From Squalus acanthias (Eukaryota): a stretch of DNA of 64,000 nt. Location: NCBI GenBank assembly GCA_030390025.1, contig JASTWF010000368.1:310001-374000 (forward strand), written 5' to 3'. Positions 36,701 to 49,964 of the stretch are shown in pieces (within the stretch, counting starts at the first letter, position 1; each line of letters begins with the position of its first letter). The position numbers and the translations under genes were made by a program. The notes under the pieces are model-generated. The model saw only the letters and a list, made by a program, of their open reading frames with translations, was not told the origin of the DNA and made no database searches.

Positions 36701-39700
36701 CCATTGGGATTGTGTACAGTGGGAGTGAATGGGAAGGGGTTTGGTCCATTGGGATTGTGTACAGTGGGAGTGAATGGGAAGGGGTTTGGTCCATTGGGAT
36801 TGTGTACAATGGGAGTGAATGGGAAGGGGTTTGGGTCCATTGGGATTGTGTACAATGGGAGTGAATGGGAAGGGGTTTGGTCCATTGGGATTGTGTACAA
36901 TGGGAGTGAATGGGAAGGGGTTTGGGTCCATTGGGATTGTGTACAATGGGAGTGAATGGGAAGGGGTTTGGTCCATTGGGATTGTGTACAATGGGAGTGA
37001 ATGGGAAGGGGTTTGGTCCATTGGGATTGTGTACAATGGGAGTGAATGGGAAGGGGTTTGGTCCATTGGGATTGTGTACAATGGGAGTGAATGGGAAGGG
37101 GTTTGGTCCATTGGGATTGTGTACAATGGGAGTGAATGGGAAGGGGTTTGGTCCATTGGGATTGTGTACAATGGGAGTGAATGGGAAGGGGTTTGGGTCC
37201 ATTGGGATTGTGTACAGTGGGAGTGAATGGGAAGGGGTTTGGTCCATTGGGATTGTGTACAATGGGAGTGAATGGGAAGGGGTTTGGTCCATTGGGATTG
37301 TGTACAGTGGGAGTGAATGGGAAGGGGTTTGGTCCATTGGGATTGTGTACAGTGGGAGTGAATGGGAAGGGGTTTGGTCCATTGGGATTGTGTACAATGG
37401 GAGTGAATGGGAAGGGGTTTGGTCCATTGGGATTGTGTACAATGGGAGTGAATGGGAAGGGGTTTGGTCCATTGGGATTGTGTACAATGGGAGTGAATGG
37501 GAAGGGGTTTGGTCCATTGGGATTGTGTACAATGGGAGTGAATGGGAAGGGGTTTGGTCCATTGGGATTGTGTACAATGGGAGTGAATGGGAAGGGGTTT
37601 GGTCCATTGGGATTGTGTACAATGGGAGTGAATGGGAAGGGGTTTGGTCCATTGGGATTGTGTACAATGGGAGTGAATGGGAAGGGGTTTGGTCCATTGG
37701 GATTGTGTACAAGTGGGAGTGAATGGGAAGGGGTTTGGTCCATTGGGATTGTGTACAGTGGGAGTGAATGGGAAGGGGTTTGGGTCCATTGGGATTGTGT
37801 ACAGTGGGAGTGAATGGGAAGGGGTTTGGTCCATTGGGATTGTGTACAGTGGGAGTGAATGGGAAGGGGTTTGGTCCATTGGGATTGTGTACAATGGGAG
37901 TGAATGGGAAGGGGTTTGGTCCATTGGGATTCGTGTACAGTGGGAGTGAATGGGAAGGGGTTTGGGTCCATTGGGATTGTGTACAGTGGGAGTGAATGGG
38001 AAGGGGTTTGGTCCATTGGGATTGTGTACAATGGGAGTGAATGGGAAGGGGTTTGGTCCATTGGGATTCGTGTACAGTGGGAGTGAATGGGAAGGGGTTT
38101 GGGTCCATTGGGATTGTGTACAGTGGGAGTGAATGGGAAGGGGTTTGGGTCCATTGGGATTGTGTACAGTGGGAGTGAATGGGAAGGGGTTTGTGTCCAT
38201 TGGGATTGTGTACAGTGGGAGTGAATGGGAAGGGGTTTGGGTCCATTGGGATTGTGTACAATGGGAGTGAATGGGAAGGGGTTTGGGTCCATTGGGATTG
38301 TGTACAATGGGAGTGAATGGGAAGGGGTTTGGTCCATTGGGATTGTGTACAGTGGGAGTGAATGGGAAGGGGTTTGGTCCATTGGGATTGTGTACAATGG
38401 AGTGAATGGGAAGGGGTTTGGGTCCATTGGGATTGTGTACAATGGGAGTGAATGGGAAGGGGTTTGGTCCATTGGGATTGTGTACAATGGGAGTGAATGG
38501 GAAGGGGTTTGGGTCCATTGGGATTGTGTACAATGGGAGTGAATGGGAAGGGGTTTGGGTCCATTGGGATTCTGTACAATGGGAGTGAATGGGAAGGGGT
38601 TTGGTCCATTGGGATTGTGTACAATGGGAGTGAATGGGAAGGGGTTTGGTCCATTGGGATTGTGTACAATGGGAGTGAATGGGAAGGGGTTTGGTCCATT
38701 GGGATTGTGTACAATGGGAGTGAATGGGAAGGGGTTTGGTCCATTGGGATTGTGTACAATGGGAGTGAATGGGAAGGGTTTGGTCCATTGGGATTGTGTA
38801 CAGTGGGAGTGAATGGGAAGGGGTTTGGTCCATTGGGATTGTGTACAGTGGGAGTGAATGGGAAGGGGTTTGGTCCATTGGGATTGTGTACAGTGGGAGT
38901 GAATGGGAAGGGGTTTGGTCCATTGGGATTGTGTACAGTGGGAGTGAATGGGAAGGGGTTTGGGTCCATTGGGATTGTGTACAGTGGGAGTGAATGGGAA
39001 GGGGTTTGGGTCCATTGGGATTGTGTACAGTGGGAGTGAATGGGAAGGGGTTTGGGTCCATTGGGATTGTGTACAGTGGGAGTGAATGGGAAGGGGTTTG
39101 GTCCATTGGGATTGTGTACAATGGGAGTGAATGGGAAGGGGTTTGGGTCCATTGGGATTGTGTACAATGGGAGTGAATGGGAAGGGGTTTGGGTCCATTG
39201 GGATTGTGTACAATGGGAGTGAATGGGAAGGGGTTTGGTCCATTGGGATTGTGTACAATGGGAGTGAATGGGAAGGGGTTTGGTCCATTGGGATTGTGTA
39301 CAGTGGGAGTGAATGGGAAGGGGTTTGGGTCCATTGGGATTGTGTACAATGGGAGTGAATGGGAAGGGTTTGGTCCATTGGGATTGTGTACAGTGGGAGT
39401 GAATGGGAAGGGGTTTGGTCCATTGGGATTGTGTACAGTGGGAGTGAATGGGAAGGGGTTTGGGTCCATTGGGATTGTGTACAGTGGGAGTGAATGGGAA
39501 GGGGTTTGGTCCATTGGGATTGTGTACAGTGGGAGTGAATGGGAAGGGGTTTGGTCCATTGGGATTGTGTACAGTGGGAGTGAATGGGAAGGGGTTTGGG
39601 TCCATTGGGATTGTGTACAATGGGAGTGAATGGGAAGGGGTTTGGTCCATTGGGATTGTGTACAGTGGGAGTGAATGGGAAGGGGTTTGGTCCATTGGGA

Positions 39701-42700
39701 TTGTGTACAATGGGAGTGAATGGGAAGGGGTTTGGTCCATTGGGATTGTGTACAATGGGAGTGAATGGGAAGGGGTTTGGTCCATTGGGATTGTGTACAG
39801 TGGGAGTGAATGGGAAGGGGTTTGGTCCATTGGGATTGTGTACAGTGGGAGTGAATGGGAAGGGGTTTGGTCCATTGGGATTGTGTACAATGGGAGTGAA
39901 TGGGAAGGGGTTTGGTCCATTGGGATTGTGTACAGTGGGAGTGAATGGGAAGGGGTTTGGGTCCATTGGGATTGTGTACAGTGGGAGTGAATGGGAAGGG
40001 GTTTGGTCCATTGGGATTGTGTACAATGGGAGTGAATGGGAAGGGGTTTGGTCCATTGGGATTGTGTACAGTGGGAGTGAATGGGAAGGGGTTTGGGTCC
40101 ATTGGGATTGTGTACAGTGGGAGTGAATGGGAAGGGGTTTGGGTCCATTGGGATTGTGTACAGTGGGAGTGAATGGGAAGGGGTTTGGTCCATTGGGATT
40201 GTGTACAGTGGGAGTGAATGGGAAGGGGTTTGGGTCCATTGGGATTGTGTACAATGGGAGTGAATGGGAAGGGGTTTGGGTCCATTGGGATTGTGTACAG
40301 TGGGAGTGAATGGGAAGGGGTTTGGTCCATTGGGATTGTGTACAGTGGGAGTGAATGGGAAGGGGTTTGGTCCATTGGGATTGTGTACAATGGGAGTGAA
40401 TGGGAAGGGGTTTGGGTCCATTGGGATTCTGTACAATGGGAGTGAATGGGAAGGGGTTTGGTCCATTGGGATTGTGTACAATGGGAGTGAATGGGAAGGG
40501 GTTTGGGTCCATTGGGATTGTGTACAATGGGAGTGAATGGGAAGGGGTTTGGGTCCATTGGGATTGTGTACAATGGGAGTGAATGGGAAGGGGTTTGGTC
40601 CATTGGGATTGTGTACAATGGGAGTGAATGGGAAGGGGTTTGGTCCATTGGGATTGTGTACAGTGGGAGTGAATGGGAAGGGGTTTGGTCCATTGGGATT
40701 GTGTACAATGGGAGTGAATGGGAAGGGTTTGGTCCATTGGGATTGTGTACAATGGGAGTGAATGGGAAGGGGTTTGGGTCCATTGGGATTGTGTACAGTG
40801 GGAGTGAATGGGAAGGGGTTTGGTCCATTGGGATTGTGTACAGTGGGAGTGAATGGGAAGGGGTTTGGTCCATTGGGATTGTGTACAGTGGGAGTGAATG
40901 GGAAGGGGTTTGGTCCATTGGGATTGTGTACAGTGGGAGTGAATGGGAAGGGGTTTGGGTCCATTGGGATTGTGTACAGTGGGAGTGAATGGGAAGGGGT
41001 TTGGGTCCATTGGGATTGTGTACAGTGGGAGTGAATGGGAAGGGGTTTGGTCCATTGGGATTGTGTACAGTGGGAGTGAATGGGAAGGGGTTTGGTCCAT
41101 TGGGATTGTGTACAATGGGAGTGAATGGGAAGGGGTTTGGGTCCATTGGGATTGTGTACAATGGGAGTGAATGGGAAGGGGTTTGGGTCCATTGGGATTG
41201 TGTACAATGGGAGTGAATGGGAAGGGGTTTGGTCCATTGGGATTGTGTACAATGGGAGTGAATGGGAAGGGGTTTGGTCCATTGGGATTGTGTACAGTGG
41301 GAGTGAATGGGAAGGGTTTGGTCCATTGGGATTGTGTACAATGGGAGTGAATGGGAAGGGTTTGGGTCCATTGGGATTGTGTACAGTGGGAGTGAATGGG
41401 AAGGGGTTTGGTCCATTGGGATTGTGTACAGTGGGAGTGAATGGGAAGGGGTTTGGGTCCATTGGGATTGTGTACAGTGGGAGTGAATGGGAAGGGGTTT
41501 GGTCCATTGGGATTGTGTACAGTGGGAGTGAATGGGAAGGGGTTTGGGTCCATTGGGATTGTGTACAGTGGGAGTGAATGGGAAGGGGTTTGGGTCCATT
41601 GGGATTGTGTACAGTGGGAGTGAATGGGAAGGGGTTTGGGTCCATTGGGATTGTGTACAGTGGGAGTGAATGGGAAGGGGTTTGGTCCATTGGGATTGTG
41701 TACAATGGGAGTGAATGGGAAGGGGTTTGGTCCATTGGGATTGTGTACAATGGGAGTGAATGGGAAGGGGTTTGGTCCATTGGGATTGTGTACAGTGGGA
41801 GTGAATGGGAAGGGGTTTGGGTCCATTGGGATTGTGTACAGTGGGAGTGAATGGGAAGGGGTTTGGGTCCATTGGGATTGTGTACAATGGGAGTGAATGG
41901 GAAGGGGTTTGGGTCCATTGGGATTGTGTACAGTGGGAGTGAATGGGAAGGGGTTTGGGTCCATTGGGATTGTGTACAGTGGGAGTGAATGGGAAGGGGT
42001 TTGGTCCATTGGGATTGTGTACAGTGGGAGTGAATGGGAAGGGGTTTGGTCCATTGGGATTGTGTACAATGGGAGTGAATGGGAAGGGGTTTGGGTCCAT
42101 TGGGATTGTGTACAATGGGAGTGAATGGGAAGGGGTTTGGGTCCATTGGGATTGTGTACAATGGGAGTGAATGGGAAGGGGTTTGGTCCATTGGGATTGT
42201 GTACAATGGGAGTGAATGGGAAGGGGTTTGGGTCCATTGGGATTGTGTACAATGGGAGTGAATGGGAAGGGGTTTGGGTCCATTGGGATTCTGTACAATG
42301 GGAGTGAATGGGAAGGGGTTTGGTCCATTGGGATTGTGTACAATGGGAGTGAATGGGAAGGGGTTTGGTCCATTGGGATTGTGTACAGTGGGAGTGAATG
42401 GGAAGGGGTTTGTGTCCATTGGGATTGTGTACAATGGGAGTGAATGGGAAGGGATTTGGTCCATTGGGATTGTGTACAATGGGAGTGAATGGGAAGGGGT
42501 TTGGGTCCATTGGGATTGGTATGGTGGGAGTGAATGGGAAGGGGTTTGGTCCATTGGGATTCGTGTACAGTGGGAGTGAATGGGAAGGGGTTTGGGTCCA
42601 TTGGGATTGTGTACAGTGGGAGTGAATGGGAAGGGGTTTGGTCCATTGGGATTGTGTACAGTGGGAGTGAATGGGAAGGGGTTTGGGTCCATTGGGATTG

Positions 42701-45700
42701 TGTACAGTGGGAGTGAATGGGAAGGGGTTTGGGTCCATTGGGATTGTGTACAGTGGGAGTGAATGGGAAGGGGTTTGGGTCCATTGGGATTGTGTACAAT
42801 GGGAGTGAATGGGAAGGGGTTTGGTCCATTGGGATTGTGTACAATGGGAGTGAATGGGAAGGGGTTTGGGTCCATTGGGATTGTGTACAATGGGAGTGAA
42901 TGGGAAGGGGTTTGGGTCCATTGGGATTGTGTACAATGGGAGTGAATGGGAAGGGGTTTGGTCCATTGGGATTGTGTACAATGGGAGTGAATGGGAAGGG
43001 GTTTGGTCCATTGGGATTGTGTACAGTGGGAGTGAATGGGAAGGGGTTTGGTCCATTGGGATTGTGTACAATGGGAGTGAATGGGAAGGGTTTGGTCCAT
43101 TGGGATTGTGTACAATGGGAGTGAATGGGAAGGGTTTGGGTCCATTGGGATTGTGTACAGTGGGAGTGAATGGGAAGGGGTTTGGTCCATTGGGATTGTG
43201 TACAGTGGGAGTGAATGGGAAGGGGTTTGGGTCCATTGGGATTGTGTACAGTGGGAGTGAATGGGAAGGGGTTTGGTCCATTGGGATTGTGTACAGTGGG
43301 AGTGAATGGGAAGGGGTTTGGTCCATTGGGATTGTGTACAATGGGAGTGAATGGGAAGGGGTTTGGGTCCATTGGGATTGTGTACAATGGGAGTGAATGG
43401 GAAGGGGTTTGGTCCATTGGGATTGTGTACAGTGGGAGTGAATGGGAAGGGGTTTGGTCCATTGGGATTGTGTACAATGGGAGTGAATGGGAAGGGGTTT
43501 GGTCCATTGGGATTCTGTACAATGGGAGTGAATGGGAAGGGGTTTGGGTCCATTGGGATTGTGTACAATGGGAGTGAATGGGAAGGGGTTTGGTCCATTG
43601 GGATTGTGTACAGTGGGAGTGAATGGGAAGGGGTTTGGGTCCATTGGGATTGTGTACAATGGGAGTGAATGGGAAGGGGTTTGGTCCATTGGGATTGTGT
43701 ACAGTGGGAGTGAATGGGAAGGGTTTGGGTCCATGGGGATTGTGTACAATGGGAGTGAATGGGAAGGGGTTTGGTCCATTGGGATTGTGTACAATGGGAG
43801 TGAATGGGAAGGGGTTTGGTCCATTGGGATTGTGTACAATGGGAGTGAATGGGAAGGGGTTTGGTCCATTGGGATTGTGTACAATGGGAGTGAATGGGAA
43901 GGGTTTGGTCCATTGGGATTGTGTACAATGGGAGTGAATGGGAAGGGGTTTGGTCCATTGGGATTGTGTACAGTGGGAGTGAATGGGAAGGGGTTTGGGT
44001 CCATTGGGATTGTGTACAGTGGGAGTGAATGGGAAGGGGTTTGGGTCCATTGGGATTGTGTACAGTGGGAGTGAATGGGAAGGGGTTTGGGTCCATTGGG
44101 ATTGTGTACAGTGGGAGTGAATGGGAAGGGGTTTGGTCCATTGGGATTGTGTACAATGGGAGTGAATGGGAAGGGGTTTGGTCCATTGGGATTGTGTACA
44201 ATGGGAGTGAATGGGAAGGGGTTTGGTCCATTGGGATTGTGTACAGTGGGAGTGAATGGGAAGGGGTTTGGTCCATTGGGATTGTGTACAGTGGGAGTGA
44301 ATGGGAAGGGGTTTGGTCCATTGGGATTGTGTACAATGGGAGTGAATGGGAAGGGGTTTGGGTCCATTGGGATTGTGTACAGTGGGAGTGAATGGGAAGG
44401 GGTTTGGGTCCATTGGGATTGTGTACAGTGGGAGTGAATGGGAAGGGGTTTGGTCCATTGGGATTGTGTACAGTGGGAGTGAATGGGAAGGGGTTTGGTC
44501 CATTGGGATTGTGTACAATGGGAGTGAATGGGAAGGGGTTTGGGTCCATTGGGATTGTGTACAATGGGAGTGAATGGGAAGGGGTTTGGGTCCATTGGGA
44601 TTGTGTACAATGGGAGTGAATGGGAAGGGGTTTGGTCCATTGGGATTGTGTACAATGGGAGTGAATGGGAAGGGGTTTGGTCCATTGGGATTGTGTACAA
44701 TGGGAGTGAATGGGAAGGGGTTTGGTCCATTGGGATTGTGTACAATGGGAGTGAATGGGAAGGGGTTTGGTCCATTGGGATTGTGTACAATGGGAGTGAA
44801 TGGGAAGGGGTTTGGTCCATTGGGATTGTGTACAGTGGGAGTGAATGGGAAGGGGTTTGGTCCATTGGGATTGTGTACAATGGGAGTGAATGGGAAGGGT
44901 TTGGTCCATTGGGATTGTGTACAATGGGAGTGAATGGGAAGGGGTTTGGGTCCATTGGGATTGTGTACAATGGGAGTGAATGGGAAGGGGTTTGGTCCAT
45001 TGGGATTGTGTACAATGGGAGTGAATGGGAAGGGGTTTGGTCCATTGGGATTGTGTACAGTGGGAGTGAATGGGAAGGGGTTTGGTCCATTGGGATTGTG
45101 TACAGTGGGAGTGAATGGGAAGGGGTTTGGGTCCATTGGGATTGTGTACAGTGGGAGTGAATGGGAAGGGGTTTGGTCCATTGGGATTGTGTACAGTGGG
45201 AGTGAATGGGAAGGGGTTTGGGTCCATTGGGATTGTGTACAATGGGAGTGAATGGGAAGGGGTTTGGTCCATTGGGATTGTGTACAATGGGAGTGAATGG
45301 GAAGGGGTTGGGTCCATTGGGATTGTGTACAATGGGAGTGAATGGGAAGGGGTTTGGTCCATTGGGATTGTGTACCATGGGAGTGAATGGGAAGGGGTTT
45401 GGTCCATTGGGATTGTGTACAATGGGAGTGAATGGGAAGGGGTTTGGTCCATTGGGATTGTGTACAGTGGGAGTGAATGGGAAGGGGTTTGGTCCATTGG
45501 GATTGTGTACAATGGGAGTGAATGGGAAGGGGTTTGGATCCATTGGGATTGTGTACAATGGGAGTGAATGGGAAGGGTTTGGGTCCATTGGGATTCGTGT
45601 ACAGTGGGAGTGAATGGGAAGGGGTTTGGTCCATTGGGATTCGTGTACAGTGGGAGTGAATGGGAAGGGGTTTGGGTCCATTGGGATTGTGTACAGTGGG

Positions 45701-48522
45701 AGTGAATGGGAAGGGGTTTGGTCCATTGGGATTGTGTACAGTGGGAGTGAATGGGAAGGGGTTTGGTCCATTGGGATTGTGTACAATGGGAGTGAATGGG
45801 AAGGGGTTTGGGTCCATTGGGATTGTGTACAATGGGAGTGAATGGGAAGGGGTTTGGTCCATTGGGATTGTGTACAGTGGGAGTGAATGGGAAGGGGTTT
45901 GGTCCATTGGGATTGTGTACAATGGGAGTGAATGGGAAGGGGTTTGGTCCATTGGGATTGTGTACAATGGGAGTGAATGGGAAGGGGTTTGGGTCCATTG
46001 GGATTGTGTACAATGGGAGTGAATGGGAAGGGGTTTGGTCCATTGGGATTGTGTACAGTGGGAGTGAATGGGAAGGGGTTTGGGTCCATTGGGATTGTGT
46101 ACAATGGAAGTGAATGGGAAGGGGTTTGGTCCATTGGGATTGTGTACAGTGGGGGTAAATGGGAAGGGGTTTGGGTCCATTGGGATTATGTACAATGGGA
46201 GTGAATGGGAAGGGGTTTGGTCCATTGGGATTGTGTACAATGGGAGTGAATCGGAAGGGGTTTGGTCTATTGGGATTGTGTACAGCAGGAGTGAATGGGA
46301 AGGGGTTTGTGTCCATTGGGATTGTGTACAATGGGAGTGAATGGGAAGGGATTTGGTCCATTGGGATTGTGTACAATGGGAGTGAATGGGAAGGGTTGTG
46401 GGTCCATTGGGATTCGGTATGGTGGGAGTGAATGGGAAGGGGTTTTGATCCATTGTGATTCGGTATGGTGGGAGTGAATGGGAAGGGGTTTGGGTCCATT
46501 GGGATTGTGTACAGTGGGAGTGAATGGGAAGGGGTTTGGTCCATTGGGATTGTGTACAGTGGGAGTGAATGGGAAGGGGTTTGGTCCATTGGGATTGTGT
46601 AGAATGGGAGTGAATGGGAAGGGGTTTGGGTCCATTGGGATTGTGTACAATGGGAGTGAATGGGAAGGTATTTGGGTCCATTGGGATTCTGTACAATGGG
46701 AGTGAATGGGAAGGGGTTTGGTCCATTGGGATTGTGTACAATGGGAGTGAATGGGAAGGGGTTTGGTCTATTGGGATTGTGTACAGTGGGAGTGAATGGG
46801 AAGGGGTTTGTGTCCATTGGGATTGTGTACAATGGGAGTGAATGGGAAGGGATTTGGTCCATTGGGATTGTGTACAATGGGAGTGAATGGGAAGGGTTGT
46901 GAGTCCATTGGGATTCGGTATGGTGGGAGTGAATGGGAAGGGGTTTTGATCCATTGGGATTCGGTATGGTGGGAGTGAATGGGAAGGGGTTTGGGTCCAT
47001 TGGGATTGTGTACAGTGGGAGTGAATGGGAAGGGGTTTGGTCCATTGGGATTGTGTACAGTGGGAGTGAATGGGAAGGGGTTTGGGTCCATTGGGATTGT
47101 GTACAGTGGGAGTGAATGGGAAGGGGTTTGGGTCCATTGGGATTGTGTACAGTGGGAGTGAATGGGAAGGGGTTTGGGTCATTGGGATTGTGTACAGTGG
47201 GAGTGAATGGGAAGGGGTTTGGGTCCATTGGGATTCTGTACAATGGGAGTGAATGGGAAGGGGTTTGGTCCATTGGGATTGTGTACAATGGGAGTGAATG
47301 GGAAGGGGTTTGGTCCATTGGGATTGTGTACAATGGGAGTGAATGGGAAGGGGTTTGGGTCCATTGGGATTCTGTACAATGGGAGTGAATGGGAAGGGGT
47401 TTGGTCCATTGGGATTGTGTACAATGGGAGTGAATGGGAAGGGGTTGGGTCCATTGGGATTGTGTACAATGGGAGTGAATGGGAAGGGGTTTGGGTCCAT
47501 TGGGATTCTGTACAATGGGAGTGAATGGGAAGGGGTTTGGTCCATTGGGATTGTGTAAAATGGGAGTGAATGGGAAGGGGTTTGGTCTATTGGGATTGTG
47601 TACAGTGGGAGTGAATGGGAAGGGGTTTGTGTCCATTGAGATTGTGTACAATGGGAGTGAATGGGAAGGGATTTGGTCCATTGGGATTGTGTACAATGGG
47701 AGTGAATGGGAAGGGTTGTGGGTCCATTGGGATTCGGTATGGTGGGAGTGAATTGGAAGGGGTTTTGATCCATTGGGATTCGTATGGTGGGAGTGAATGG
47801 GAAGGGGTTTGGGTCCATTGGCATTGTGTACGGTGGGAGTGAATGGGAAGGGGTTTGGTCCATTGGGATTGTGTACAGTGGGAGTGAATGGGAAGGGGTT
47901 TGGTCCATTGGGATTGTGTACAATGGGAGTGAATGGGAAGGGGTTTGGGTCCATTGGGATTGTGCACAATGGGAGTGAATGGGAAGGGGTTTTGATCCAT
48001 TGGGATTCGGTATGGTGGGAGTGAATGGGAAGGGGTTTGGGTCCATTGGGATTGTGTACAATGGAAGTGAATGGGAAGTGGTTTGGTTCCATTGGGATTC
48101 TGTACAATGGGAGTGAATGGGAAGGGGTTTGGGTCCATTGGGATTATGTACAATGGGAGTGAATGGGAAGGGGTTTGATCCATTGGGATTGTGTACAGTG
48201 GGGGTAAATGGGAAGGGGTTTGGGTCCATTGGGATTGTGTACAATGGAAGTGAATGGGAAGGGGTTTGGTCCATTGGGATTATGTACGATGGGAGTGAAT
48301 GGGAAGGGGTTTGTGTCCATTGGGATTGTGTACAATGGGAGTGAATGGGAAGGGGTTTGGGTCCATTGGGTTTGTGTACAGTGGGAGTGAATGGGAAGGG
48401 GTTTGGTCCATTGGGATTGTGAACAATGGGAGTGTTTGGAAAGGGGTTTGGTCCATTGGGATTGTGTATAATGGGAGTGAATGGGAAGGGGTTTGGGTCC
48501 ATTGGGTTTGTGTACAATGGGT
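27742..48522. repeat. G-rich 45/46-bp satellite (GGGAAGGGGTTTGG[G]TCCATTGGGATTGTGTACA[A/G]TGGGAGTGAAT), ~455 units, ~20.8 kb
   Basis: Direct periodicity; ends ~40 nt upstream of the exon at 48562. Confidence 0.99.
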
Positions 48523-48561
48523 ACAGTAGCTTAATTGTGTTTCATTCTTGTATTTCACCAG

Positions 48562-48678
48562 AATGTGGCAGCCAATCACAGGGCCAGTGATGTGGTTGCT
48601 GTTGTTGGTGCTCCTCAGGTATTGACTGGAAGATTCACGTACGGCCCATTGGATGTGGTGACACTCACTGGTGAGAAG
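48562..48678 (+). CDS. PITPNM1: PITPNM1 (Nir2) internal exon, 117 nt: NVAANHRASDVVAVVGAPQVLTGRFTYGPLDVVTLTGEK
   Basis: Acceptor TTTCACCAG, donor AAG|GTAGGT, phase 0/0; matches the PITPNM family segment upstream of LNS2. Confidence 0.9.
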
Positions 48679-48779
48679 GTAGGTGAACCCCTCACTCTGA
48701 GATCCATTCAAGCACACCAATGGCAGTGGAAGGGTTTTGAGTCCATTGGGATTCTGTACAACGGGAGGGAATGGGGCGT

Positions 48780-49135
48780 GACACCCTCAGACATCTCATC
48801 CCAGACATGTCACACCACCACAGACGTCAAACCAGCCAGACGTCAAACCAGCCAGACGTCAAACCAGCCAGACGTCAAACCAGCTAGACGTCAAACCAGC
48901 CAGATGTCAGATCCCCCAGATGTCCGATCCCCCAGATGTCCGATCCCCCAGATGTCCGATCCCCCAGATGTCGTCCCCCCAGACGTCGTCCCCCCAGACG
49001 TCACCCCCCCAGACGTCACCCCCCCCAGACGTCACCCCCCCCAGACGTCACCCTCCCAGACGTTACCCCCCAGACGTCACCCCTCCAGGCGTCACACCCC
49101 AGACGTCCCATCCCAGACGCCTCACCCTCAGATGT
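48780..49135. repeat. Degenerate 15-16 bp tandem repeats (CAGACGTCAAACCAGC, GATGTCCGATCCCCCA, CAGACGTCACCCCCC)
   Basis: Direct periodicity. Confidence 0.85.
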
Positions 49136-49339
49136 CATGCTCGTTATGTGATCAAGCGGTGGAGCCGGGCCTGAACCCGCAACCCGCTGCGCCGGGGAAG
49201 GCTGCTGCCCGGAGACTCCTGGCCATCGAGCGTCCCCGATTGTCCCGTGCCTCCATGGGTGTCTCCCTCCCCCCCATGGGAGACTCCCTCGCCCCCCGCG
49301 CGTGACTCCCTAACTGCCCCCCACACTCTTTACAATCCC

Positions 49340-49960
49340 CTGCGCTCTCTGTGGTTCTCCCTCTGCTGCGCTCTCTGTGTTTGTCCCTCTGCTGCGCTCT
49401 CTCTCTGGTTCTCCCTCTACTGCGCTCTCTCTCTGGTTCTCCCTCTGCTGCGCTCTCTGTGGTTCTCCCTCTGCTGCGCTCTCTGTGTTTGTCCCTCTGC
49501 TGCGCTCTCTCTGGTTCTCCCTCTGCTGCGCTCTCTGTGTTTGTCCCTCTGCTGCGCTCTCTCTGGTTCTCCCTCTGCTGCGCTCTCTCTGGTTCTCCCT
49601 CTGCTGCGCTCTCTCTGGTTTTCCCTCTGCTGCGCTCTCTCTGTGGTTCTCCCTCTGCTGCGCTCTCTCTGGTTCTCCCTCTGCTGCGCTCTCTCTCTGG
49701 TTCTCCCTCTGCTGCGCTCTCTCTCTGGTTCTCCCTCTGCTGCGCTCTCTCTGTGGTTCTCCCTCTGCTGCGCTCTCTCTCTGGTTCTCCCTCTGCTGCG
49801 CTCTCTCTGTGGTTCTCCCTCTGCTGCGCTCTCTCTGTGGTTCTCCCTCTGCTGCGCTCTCTCTCTGGTTCTCCCTCTGCTGCGCTCTCTCTGTGGTTCT
49901 CCCTCTGCTGCGCTCTCTCTCTGGTTCTCCCTCTGCTGCGCTCTCTGTGGTTCTCCGCTC
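49340..49960. repeat. ~28-33 bp CT-rich repeat (CTCTGCTGCGCTCTCTCTGGTTCTCC)
   Basis: Direct periodicity. Confidence 0.92.
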
Positions 49961-49964
49961 TCTT

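Noticed and set aside
27428..48517. 6000-7000 aa ORFs on the minus strand
   Set aside because: All three minus frames are open because the 45/46-bp unit has no stop codon on that strand; peptides switch with each 1-bp indel and run through the N gap. Satellite artefact.
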